A DNA stretch of 64,000 bases from Candidatus Fimihabitans intestinipullorum (lineage in GTDB: Bacteria; Bacillota_I; Bacilli_A; RF39; UBA660). The notes below the pieces were generated by a model. That model worked only from the letters and a program-made list of their open reading frames with translations. It was not told where the DNA came from and did no database searches. The position numbers and the translations under genes are program-made. The DNA lies in the NCBI GenBank assembly GCA_018714965.1, contig DVML01000012.1, positions 20,830-84,829 on the forward strand, given 5' to 3'. Below are positions 37,662 to 45,493 of the stretch, piece by piece; within the stretch, counting starts at the first letter, position 1, and the number at the start of each line of letters is the position of its first letter.

Positions 37662-39278
37662 ATGAATCTGAAACAATTATTACATCATCATAGAATTAAA
37701 ATTTATGGTGCGATTGCAATTCTAGGACTAGGCTCTATTACTTTATATCATATGCCGAGAGAAGAAAATGTATCAGCACCTAAAACTATTGAAACAGAAG
37801 AACCGGCTATACCAGAGAAGCAGAATGTTGCTCCTGAGCTAGTTTTGGATTCTTCAGTAAAAACATTAACGGAAGAACAAAAAATATTGTTACAACAAAA
37901 TATATCATTGAGTAATAATCAGTATCTTAATCAGAAGATTCGTAACTATAAGGTTGATTATCCTTATAGTGAATACTTTGGAATCGATCAAGCGTTACAA
38001 GCTTATCATAGCCTTCCAGAGTATGTTTCTGAACATGGAACAAATGTTATAAAGAATGGCGTTGTAGATGAAAGTGCACTTTACGAATGCGTTCTTGCAA
38101 ATCAGGAACAATTAAAAGAAAATCAAACACGATTAGACGATACGACGTTGAGACAGATATGTAAAATTATTACAGATACGATAAATACAACTATCATGAA
38201 TGAAGGGGATTATGATTTAGGAGATTTAAATTACAAATTATCTCATCTTATCGTAGCAGAATATAAAGAATTTAGTTATGCATATTATAATCCAGCTCAA
38301 AATACATTAGGAATAAACAAAACATCTGTTTATAATTTGGCTTCTTCTGAACCATTTGATGATGTATTAAAACAAGTGATTGCTCATGAGACAGAACATT
38401 TATTGCAGGCTGGAAGTGCTTTAGAAAGTCAAGAGCGAAACTATGTGATGAGATTCGGACCTTGCGTAGAGTTTGGTAATTTAAAAGTAAATTCACTTTA
38501 TTGGAATTGGTTTATAGAGGGATCTGCAGAATCTCTAGCGTTAAAAACAACAAATCGAGAAGATACTTTAACTTATCCACAAGAAGTAAAAGGACTGGAA
38601 ATAGTTCAATTAGCGAATAACCTATCTCAAAATGGATCTTTAGAAAAATTATCGTTACAGTCGAATTTAGAAAATGTATATTCATATTTTCAGTGTAATA
38701 CAGATGAAGACAAAAAAGAGATTTTGGAATTCATGTATGCTATGAATTTAGTAATATCAGATAGTTATACAAGTTCTTCTGAAGATTTTTATACAGTATA
38801 TAAAGAAGCAAATAATGGAAATATGATTGACCGAGCGTCATATAAGACAGATTTGAAAGAAAGCATTGCGATGACATTAACTAAACAGTTCTATGGAAAC
38901 TTTGTAAATTACGCGTCTAGTGGAACTTACAATTTAGAACAGTTAATGCATATGATGTCAATATATGAAGATGAATTAAGTAGATTACTTTGGTACAGTA
39001 ATTCATCTTACCGAGATTCTTATATTGATTTCTTTGAGTTTTATACACAAATACAGTCACTAGTATTTGAACAGATCGCTCAACAGTTAGGTCGCAGTCA
39101 AGAAGAAATTGTAAATTTATACATTACATATCATCTCGCAAATGAGAAGGGCGATTTATCTTTTTTACCTAGTGAACAACAACAATTTTATGAATATATC
39201 GCATCAACTCGTCAAAATGATCATAAAAATGCGATTATAGATGTCTATCAACAATTGTCAAGTTTTAGAAAAAAATAG
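37662..39278 (+). CDS. N-terminally membrane-anchored protein with an HExxH zinc-metallopeptidase-like motif; family unknown
   Basis: Basic N-terminus 'HHHRIK', one TM helix ('IYGAIAILGLGSITLY'), then a ~500 aa domain containing 'VIAHETEHLLQAG' and, about 40 aa later, 'FIEGSAESL', a possible third Zn ligand. It directly abuts esaB. Confidence 0.55.
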   Translation: MNLKQLLHHHRIKIYGAIAILGLGSITLYHMPREENVSAPKTIETEEPAIPEKQNVAPELVLDSSVKTLTEEQKILLQQNISLSNNQYLNQKIRNYKVDYPYSEYFGIDQALQAYHSLPEYVSEHGTNVIKNGVVDESALYECVLANQEQLKENQTRLDDTTLRQICKIITDTINTTIMNEGDYDLGDLNYKLSHLIVAEYKEFSYAYYNPAQNTLGINKTSVYNLASSEPFDDVLKQVIAHETEHLLQAGSALESQERNYVMRFGPCVEFGNLKVNSLYWNWFIEGSAESLALKTTNREDTLTYPQEVKGLEIVQLANNLSQNGSLEKLSLQSNLENVYSYFQCNTDEDKKEILEFMYAMNLVISDSYTSSSEDFYTVYKEANNGNMIDRASYKTDLKESIAMTLTKQFYGNFVNYASSGTYNLEQLMHMMSIYEDELSRLLWYSNSSYRDSYIDFFEFYTQIQSLVFEQIAQQLGRSQEEIVNLYITYHLANEKGDLSFLPSEQQQFYEYIASTRQNDHKNAIIDVYQQLSSFRKK

Positions 39279-39298
39279 CAATATGTAATAGAAATAGC

Positions 39299-39327
39299 TT
39301 GAGAAATGAAAATAAATATGGTATAAC
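39299..39327 (+). promoter_or_regulatory. Possible internal promoter ahead of the small-protein genes
   Basis: TTGAGA, 17 nt, then TGgTATAAC (extended -10). Confidence 0.4.
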
Positions 39328-39361
39328 GATAGTAAGCAGTATAGTAAAGTAGGTGACTTAT

Positions 39362-39685
39362 ATGAAAGTGTCTGCTGTTGGAGTAAATGAAGATGGATTG
39401 AAACGCTTGATTTTAGAATTAGACGAATATCAAGAAAAGATTCAAGCTGTTTATCGTTCTTTAGAAGACTGTCAAATGGAAGCCTTAAAAGGACTAAATG
39501 ATGATGCAGCAAGTGCATTTTTAAAGAAATACCGAGAAGTAGGTCATTGTTTTGAAATACTGAAGTCTAATCTTCAGACATACAAGGATGATTTTCAAAC
39601 GGTAATTAGGAGATATCAGCAGACGTCCCATGATAGTGTCGATCTATTTGAAGAGGCAAAGAGAAAAATTCCAGATAATGGTTAA
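39362..39685 (+). CDS. Small helical protein, WXG100-superfamily-like but lacking W-x-G (candidate T7SS substrate or partner)
   Basis: 107 aa, predicted helix-turn-helix. N-terminal 'VSAVGVNEDGLKRLILELDEY', a motif shared with the next two ORFs. 'LNDDAASAF' sits at the position of the W-x-G turn. Confidence 0.5.
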   Translation: MKVSAVGVNEDGLKRLILELDEYQEKIQAVYRSLEDCQMEALKGLNDDAASAFLKKYREVGHCFEILKSNLQTYKDDFQTVIRRYQQTSHDSVDLFEEAKRKIPDNG

Positions 39686-39700
39686 TAAGGAGGAGAGTAT

Positions 39701-40033
39701 ATGGGATTATTTAGTACAGGTGCACAAAATGTTGGAATTGATAGCATGACAATTGGTGTGAGCCAGCAAGGTATGGAGGAATATCGTGAAGCGTTAAGAA
39801 TGAGTTTGCTAGAAGACACGAAGTCAAAATTACAGGATGTAGGTGCAATCCAAACGGCAATTGATGCTGGTTGGCAAGGAGTTGCTCGAGATCGCTTTTT
39901 TCAAGATTTTGATCAACAAATTGAAAAAATAATACAGGATTTGCAAAAAGAATATGAGGATTTAGATCATCGTTTGGAAGAGTTAGAAGAAAATTATTTT
40001 GCTCAAGATAACGATATGGTCGCAGGAAATTAG
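39701..40033 (+). CDS. WXG100-like protein
   Basis: 110 aa. 'AIDAGWQGVARDRFFQDF' is the W-x-G motif with its following aromatic. The C-terminal 'NYFAQDND' fits Y-x-x-x-D. AAGGAGGAG RBS. Confidence 0.6.
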   Translation: MGLFSTGAQNVGIDSMTIGVSQQGMEEYREALRMSLLEDTKSKLQDVGAIQTAIDAGWQGVARDRFFQDFDQQIEKIIQDLQKEYEDLDHRLEELEENYFAQDNDMVAGN

Positions 40034-40042
40034 GAGGAAATT

Positions 40043-40513
40043 ATGGCAAATTGGATGAATGGTGTGTCAGAATCGACATTTAATGCAAAGAGTTTTTCAG
40101 ACAGTCAGATTTCAGACCGTGAAGGTACACGTGAAGCTTCCAATGTTAGACATGGATGGTTTGGCAACGGTAGAGCTTATAGTGTTGTCGGAATTGATGC
40201 TAATAGAATTGATGGAATGAGAAGTGCAATCCGTGATTATGTGCAAGCAATTGAAGGACATTTAGATGGGATTGAACCACTTGCGAATGCTAATAATGCA
40301 TATAAGAGTGAAGAAGTACAAAGAGCTGTACAAGAATATGTTCAAAAAGTAAAAGATTACTGTAAAAATTTAACGAGTCAGTTATTAGCTTTTAGTGATA
40401 AACTTGGGGATGTGAAGTCTTCTTGGGAAAGAGCTACAAGCGAAATGTCTTCTACTATCGGTGGTGCTTCTGGTTCATTTGATGCTGGTACAAAATATAC
40501 AGAAAATCAATAG
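40043..40513 (+). CDS. Small helical protein related to the two preceding ORFs, with an N-terminal extension
   Basis: 156 aa. 'YSVVGIDANRIDGMRSAIRDYVQAIEGHL' aligns with 'NVGIDSMTIGVSQQGMEEYREAL' and 'VSAVGVNEDGLKRLILELDEY'. AGGAGGA RBS. Confidence 0.5.
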   Translation: MANWMNGVSESTFNAKSFSDSQISDREGTREASNVRHGWFGNGRAYSVVGIDANRIDGMRSAIRDYVQAIEGHLDGIEPLANANNAYKSEEVQRAVQEYVQKVKDYCKNLTSQLLAFSDKLGDVKSSWERATSEMSSTIGGASGSFDAGTKYTENQ

Positions 40514-40519
40514 TGATGT

Positions 40520-40825
40520 ATGGAAGATTTGACTTCACTTTATATTAGAAAAAATTCATATGATAATATGAGATCTCAGGTTTTAGGAGTAATCCGAGAA
40601 CTGGAAAATAGTATTAGAATATGCGAAGATACAGTTACAAATATTAGAACAAATTATATGATAGAAGGAGAATCTTTGCATAGTCAATATTTAGATGATT
40701 GTAAGGAACAACTTAACCTTCAGTTAGTATCATTACGCAATACAATATTACCAACAATTGATCAAAACTTATCAAATTTGAAAAATAAGATTAGGATTGA
40801 AGAAGAAAGAATTCTTGCGTCATGA
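40520..40825 (+). CDS. Small helical protein (101 aa), unknown
   Basis: ORF within the T7SS gene string. Coiled-coil-like composition and a weak RBS. Confidence 0.45.
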   Translation: MEDLTSLYIRKNSYDNMRSQVLGVIRELENSIRICEDTVTNIRTNYMIEGESLHSQYLDDCKEQLNLQLVSLRNTILPTIDQNLSNLKNKIRIEEERILAS

Positions 40826-40871
40826 GATGTTCAATATAATTCTTTCTTCTTTTTGCTAGGAGGGGAATGGT

Positions 40872-41156
40872 TTGACTTATAATGTAGATACAAATAAAAT
40901 TCGTGAATGTGGGAATGATATTATTCGACTCTCAACTGAATTAAATGAATTGTTTACATCTTTATTTGAACGATTGATTTTGATGCCTACGAATACAAAA
41001 GAGTGGGTTGGGGAGAGTGCAAATGCATTTGCGGAAAGTGTAAAGCAAGATAAGCTACAATATGATCGTTTAAAAGAAGCAATCTATAGTGAAGGAAAAT
41101 TATTAGTGGAATATGCGGATCAAATAGAAGCTCAAGTACGTAAAATGGAGGAATAA
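40872..41156 (+). CDS. WXG100 (ESAT-6/EsxA-like) family protein
   Basis: 94 aa, TTG start after AGGAGGGG. The central 'KEWVGESANAFAESV' W-x-G motif lies between two predicted helices. Confidence 0.65.
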   Translation: MTYNVDTNKIRECGNDIIRLSTELNELFTSLFERLILMPTNTKEWVGESANAFAESVKQDKLQYDRLKEAIYSEGKLLVEYADQIEAQVRKMEE

Positions 41157-41159
41157 TAT

Positions 41160-41471
41160 ATGGCTAAAATTTATTATCAATTGGATCGAATTGAAAGCTC
41201 TGTTTTGCCTTTGTTCAATCGTTTAGAGTCATCTTTGAATCAAGCTTCTTCCAAGGCACATCAAACTGTGGTACCATATGATTTTGTACAACGAGGGATA
41301 TGGTCTAATATGATTGACACTATAGATCAAATAAAAGGAAATGTTATAACTTTACACAATAAAATAAAACGTTCACAACAGATTGTAAAAGAATTAAATG
41401 AAAATTTTATATCTGATGTTAATGTGGCAATGATACCAGAAATAGATGCTCGCGAGAGGCATTTATCATAG
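41160..41471 (+). CDS. Small helical protein (103 aa), unknown
   Basis: ORF with GGAGGA RBS, tightly packed after the WXG100 gene. Confidence 0.45.
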   Translation: MAKIYYQLDRIESSVLPLFNRLESSLNQASSKAHQTVVPYDFVQRGIWSNMIDTIDQIKGNVITLHNKIKRSQQIVKELNENFISDVNVAMIPEIDARERHLS

Positions 41472-41487
41472 ATGGAAGGAGAGTAAT

Positions 41488-42243
41488 ATGGGGGAAACAA
41501 TGTTACCGATTGGAAGTGTTTGTCGAATAAAGGATGATCAAATTGTCATGATTGTAGGATATTTTCCTATCAATGTTGAAAGTTCCAATTATATGTATGA
41601 TTATGTTGCCGAAAAATATCCGGAAGGAACACTGACCAATCATCAAGTAATTCATTTTAATAGACAAGATGTAAAAGAAGTTTTACATAAAGGGTATATG
41701 GATGATTCATGTGCGAAATTTATGGAACGAGTTACAAAAATGTCTATGATGTTTAAAGAAAAGAAAAATGAGCTGATCGACAAAGATTCTAATATAGTAC
41801 AAGAGAAAAATACAACTTCTATTTCAAATGTATATCAGTTTGATGAAAGTGGAAGAGTTATTGAGGATGAGATACAAAATCCTGTGAAGGAACAAACAAA
41901 AATAGTTGATATGAATATCGAGGATAAATCTCAAATGCACGAGGAATATCAAAGTGGAGCATATCAGTTTGGTAAGGATGGAAAAGTATTGATGGAAGCA
42001 ACTACAAATTTGGAGTCGAAACCAATGACGCTTTATCAATTTGATGAAAATGGAATTGTAGTTACTGACCGTAGTGCAACACAAAAAGAGGAGCTACCTA
42101 AGTTAGAAAATGTATCGAATCCTTTTGCTTTAAATAAGTCAAAAGAAAATACTGAAGTAGAACATGACACTAAAAAATGGCCGATTTTTAAATCGCTTAA
42201 ATTTGATCAAAACGGAGTAGTATTAGCTGCAGAAGAATATTAA
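41488..42243 (+). CDS. DUF4176-domain protein with a C-terminal array of four 'YQFDxxGxV' repeats
   Basis: The N-terminal 'MLPIGSVCRIKDDQIVMIVGYFPIN...YDYVAEKYPEG' is DUF4176-like, a family commonly found in T7SSb loci. The repeats are 'VYQFDESGRVIEDE', 'AYQFGKDGKVLMEA', 'LYQFDENGIVVTDR' and 'LKFDQNGVVLAAEE'. Confidence 0.65.
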   Translation: MGETMLPIGSVCRIKDDQIVMIVGYFPINVESSNYMYDYVAEKYPEGTLTNHQVIHFNRQDVKEVLHKGYMDDSCAKFMERVTKMSMMFKEKKNELIDKDSNIVQEKNTTSISNVYQFDESGRVIEDEIQNPVKEQTKIVDMNIEDKSQMHEEYQSGAYQFGKDGKVLMEATTNLESKPMTLYQFDENGIVVTDRSATQKEELPKLENVSNPFALNKSKENTEVEHDTKKWPIFKSLKFDQNGVVLAAEEY

Positions 42244-42262
42244 GAAAGTGATATATCAGTAT

Positions 42263-42293
42263 AAGCTTATTTGTTATAAATGAGCTTTTTTTG
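42263..42293 (+). terminator. Rho-independent terminator ending the T7SS gene string
   Basis: aagcttattt-gttat-aaatgagctt hairpin followed by T7. Confidence 0.75.
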
Positions 42294-42297
42294 TTTC

Positions 42298-42319
42298 AAA
42301 TGTGATAGAAATGTGATAG
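42298..42319 (+). repeat. Tandem 11-bp direct repeat (AAATGTGATAG x2, plus a partial third copy) in the promoter region of the next gene
   Basis: The exact duplicate aaatgtgatag|aaatgtgatag|aatga is visible. The second copy creates TGaTAGAAT, an extended -10. Confidence 0.7.
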
Positions 42320-42393
42320 AATGATTATAGTAGTATTAGGGTATATGTGACTTCTAGCATATGTACGAAATTTGTAGAAAAAGGAGTATTCTT

Positions 42394-43992
42394 ATGGGTG
42401 AGAAGAGAAAAAAGGATGAAAAAGTGACGCCAGTTAACTTAGAGACGTCAGCAATTCAAGAGGAGAGATTAGAAGTATTAGAACAACATGAGGAGATAGT
42501 ACAAGAAGATGAAAAAGAAACAAAGGTAATGGAAAATAACACTGTTTCTGAAACTACATCAAACGAGCCAAAGGAACAAAATAAAAAGGTTGGTGACTTT
42601 GGAAAACATCAGAAGAAATTTATTTGGATTACGATATTAGGGGCAATTTGTATCGCTCTTGGAATTTTTACTTATTATTTCCATTTTGATAAGAAAGCGA
42701 TGTTTGTAAGAGCGACCACGCAAATGCAAGATCGTTTGGAGTATTTGTATCAACCACTTTTAAAACACACTTCAGAGCCAAGAAAATCATATACGGTAAG
42801 AGGGAAGGCAAATCTTACTATCAAATCTGATGTTTTTGATATGATGGCATCACAGGATCCTACCTATGCAATGTATCAAACGTTAATTTCTAATTTAAAT
42901 AAGATGGAGCACCAATATACTTACCAAGTGGATCAAGACAAAGAAGAAATGGTATTAGACTGGAATACAACATTAAATCAGTCTGAGTTTTTCAACATGA
43001 CATTTGTAAATCAAAATAAAAAAGGATATGTATTACTAAAAGGTATTTATGATTATTATCTCGATACAGGGGAGTTTAATTTATTTGAGACGATGAATCA
43101 ATCAACAGATGTTGAGGATCAAAAATACTTATATAACTTTATCGTAGATGCAATAAAAAAACATTTAAAATCAGATTATTTTATTAAGACAAAAACGGAA
43201 GTCACAATCGATGGCAAAAAGCAAAATGTAGATAAGATTTCATTGGTGTTAGATTCCCATAATACGAGTGAAATTATGGCAGCTGTGATCGAAGATATGA
43301 AAGCTGATAAAAAAGCTAACGATATTATGAATTCGCTTTATCCAGAGTTTAAAGCGTATGAACCAAAAATTCAACAAACGAAAGCAAAAGAAACGAAAAT
43401 TTTAGTATCTGCATATACGAAAGGATTGATGTCTTCCGCAGTACAATACGATCTTTCTATTGTAGAATGGGTGACAGATTATGATGATTTTGATTATAAT
43501 AAGGCCCAATATAATTTGAAAGAGCAAATTATGACATTACGCTATACTGTTGGAAAAAATGATGTTATTCGCATGTTGAACGATGAAAAGGAAACGTTCG
43601 TAGCAGAAGTGGTAAAAAATGAAGATGGATTTACGGCCGTTATGAAGGATGGAAACAATCGAGATTTAGGTAATCTACAGTTAGTTACGAGCGATAAAGG
43701 AATTACTTATACATTCTCGTTAGAGGACGAATCTACTTTATTAAAGATTGTGTTTGATAATCAATATGAAAGTAAAGATCAAGCAACATCAAGTTTCTCT
43801 TTTGAACTTTCTAATCAAGGTACTACTTTGTTAAGTATCAATGCTACAAGCTCAGCAACGGTTCAGGATGGAACAAATATGAATATCAATGTTGATAATG
43901 CCGTTTCGGTAGATGCACTTACAAAAGAACAAGAACAACAAATTCAACAAAATTTAACGAATTTGATGATGCGTTTATTTACAACACAATAA
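42394..43992 (+). CDS. Single-pass membrane protein with an acidic cytoplasmic N-terminus and a ~430 aa extracytoplasmic domain; unknown family
   Basis: AAAGGAG RBS before ATG 42394. TM helix 'FIWITILGAICIALGIFTYYF'. No recognisable motifs. Confidence 0.55.
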   Translation: MGEKRKKDEKVTPVNLETSAIQEERLEVLEQHEEIVQEDEKETKVMENNTVSETTSNEPKEQNKKVGDFGKHQKKFIWITILGAICIALGIFTYYFHFDKKAMFVRATTQMQDRLEYLYQPLLKHTSEPRKSYTVRGKANLTIKSDVFDMMASQDPTYAMYQTLISNLNKMEHQYTYQVDQDKEEMVLDWNTTLNQSEFFNMTFVNQNKKGYVLLKGIYDYYLDTGEFNLFETMNQSTDVEDQKYLYNFIVDAIKKHLKSDYFIKTKTEVTIDGKKQNVDKISLVLDSHNTSEIMAAVIEDMKADKKANDIMNSLYPEFKAYEPKIQQTKAKETKILVSAYTKGLMSSAVQYDLSIVEWVTDYDDFDYNKAQYNLKEQIMTLRYTVGKNDVIRMLNDEKETFVAEVVKNEDGFTAVMKDGNNRDLGNLQLVTSDKGITYTFSLEDESTLLKIVFDNQYESKDQATSSFSFELSNQGTTLLSINATSSATVQDGTNMNINVDNAVSVDALTKEQEQQIQQNLTNLMMRLFTTQ

Positions 43993-44013
43993 AGGACGTA
44001 TGTCCTTTTTTTG
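43991..44013 (+). terminator. Rho-independent terminator
   Basis: aaggac-gtat-gtcctt hairpin followed by T7. Confidence 0.8.
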
Positions 44014-44015
44014 AT

Positions 44016-44113
44016 GTTACAAAATCGTCATATAAAAATAAATTACTTGAAATGTATCATAAAAAAGGATAAAATGTTAAAAGAGAATAGAGTAATTTGC
44101 AATATTCTTTTTG
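44016..44113 (+). promoter_or_regulatory. Promoter plus leader module (copy B of the sequence shared with 25621-25748)
   Basis: GTTACAA-N4-GTCATATAAA-N4-AATTACTTGAAA, 17 nt, then TAAAAT. The leader 'agagaatagagtaatttgcaatattcttttt' follows (agaata/tattct hairpin plus Ts). Confidence 0.5.
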
Positions 44114-44134
44114 TATGAAATTGAGTGATGTTGT

Positions 44135-45493
44135 ATGATAGAAAAGAAGAAGATATTTTATCGAGTCATATTTATCGTGAATATATTATTTATTTTATTT
44201 TTGGTAGGTTATTATGGATATCGTTTGATTCATTATTATCAATTAGAACATAAAAAAGAAAGTGAACTTGTTACTTTAAATGATTATCTGACACAACCTC
44301 GCAATATTGTTGTAGAGGGGGACGGACTATATCAGGATGAGAAGGAATATTATTATGCCGGAAAGAACGTATCAAATTATGTATCGTATTCAGGATATTT
44401 ATTTCGCGTTATTAAGATTCGTGAAGATGGTGCGATCGTAATGACGACAGATGATACGTATACATTGTTATCCTGGGGAGAAGATAGTGCGTATGATACT
44501 TCTTATGCACGGAAATGGTTAGCTAATATCTCTGAAGTTCCACAATCTGGAGTTTTTGAAAAAACGTTATGGCAACCAGAACAATATTTGGTTACGACAG
44601 AGGTTTGTACAGATACGATTGCGAATGTGAAAAAGCTAAGCTGTAAAAAGAAGATTGATAGTGATTATGTTGGACTATTTAGTATGGAAGATTATCAAAG
44701 AAGCGGAGGACTTTCTGGTTTCTTAAATAACGGAACGAACTTTTGGACATCGAATGCATCTAAAACAGGAAACTGGTTTATTTCTAATAAGGGAGGACTC
44801 AATGAGAATGAAGTTGAAAATCAATCTCGTATGTATGGGGTTCGTCCTACGATTACATTAAAAGCATCTCTTCCTGTATTAGGTGGAAATGGAAGTAAAG
44901 AACAACCATATATAATAGAAAATCATCCGGTTGCTTCTTTGGCATCTGCATACGTTGGTGGTTATGTTCGCTATAGTGGTCAGATGTTTCGCATCATTGG
45001 AAAAAATAATAATGAGGTTCGTCTTGCTTTAAATGGTGTGATTACGACGGATCAAGTTCCTGTGGAACGTATTTTTTCACGTAAGACAAATCAATATAAT
45101 CCGAAAGAGTATCAATCTGTTGCTCAATATTTAAATCAAACTTATTATCGCACTTTACAACATCCTGAATATCTTGTTGAAGGTGCATGGAATATAGGAA
45201 ACTACGGAGATATCAATTATGATTATGCGACAACAAGTCAACATACAGTCAACGCTAAAATTGGAATGTTACAAGTAGGAGACTTGTTCGTAGAAGATGT
45301 TCCGAATGTATTTTTATTGAATGGATCTGGCGATGAAGAAATGATTTATACTATAACAGAACAGGGAAGTTTATATTTAGATGAAATTAAGACGAAAAAA
45401 CAGATTCGACCTGTATTAAATATGCTTCCAACTGTAGCAGTATTATCTGGAACCGGAACAGAACAAGATCCTTATGTGGTAGGTGAAGCATGA
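44135..45493 (+). CDS. Membrane-anchored exported protein with two DUF6273-like modules
   Basis: N-terminal TM helix. Two modules end in 'MYGVRPTITLK' and 'KKQIRPVLNM', and '...NFWTSNAS...' resembles the DUF6273 pattern (WW/W..S ... VRPA). Confidence 0.55.
   Translation: MIEKKKIFYRVIFIVNILFILFLVGYYGYRLIHYYQLEHKKESELVTLNDYLTQPRNIVVEGDGLYQDEKEYYYAGKNVSNYVSYSGYLFRVIKIREDGAIVMTTDDTYTLLSWGEDSAYDTSYARKWLANISEVPQSGVFEKTLWQPEQYLVTTEVCTDTIANVKKLSCKKKIDSDYVGLFSMEDYQRSGGLSGFLNNGTNFWTSNASKTGNWFISNKGGLNENEVENQSRMYGVRPTITLKASLPVLGGNGSKEQPYIIENHPVASLASAYVGGYVRYSGQMFRIIGKNNNEVRLALNGVITTDQVPVERIFSRKTNQYNPKEYQSVAQYLNQTYYRTLQHPEYLVEGAWNIGNYGDINYDYATTSQHTVNAKIGMLQVGDLFVEDVPNVFLLNGSGDEEMIYTITEQGSLYLDEIKTKKQIRPVLNMLPTVAVLSGTGTEQDPYVVGEA

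Noticed and set aside
37662-39278. Calling the 538-aa bitopic protein after esaB an EssB/YukC homologue on positional grounds.
   Set aside because: EssB has a ~200-aa cytoplasmic pseudokinase domain before its TM helix. This protein has only about 15 cytoplasmic residues and carries an HExxH motif instead. Position alone is not enough.
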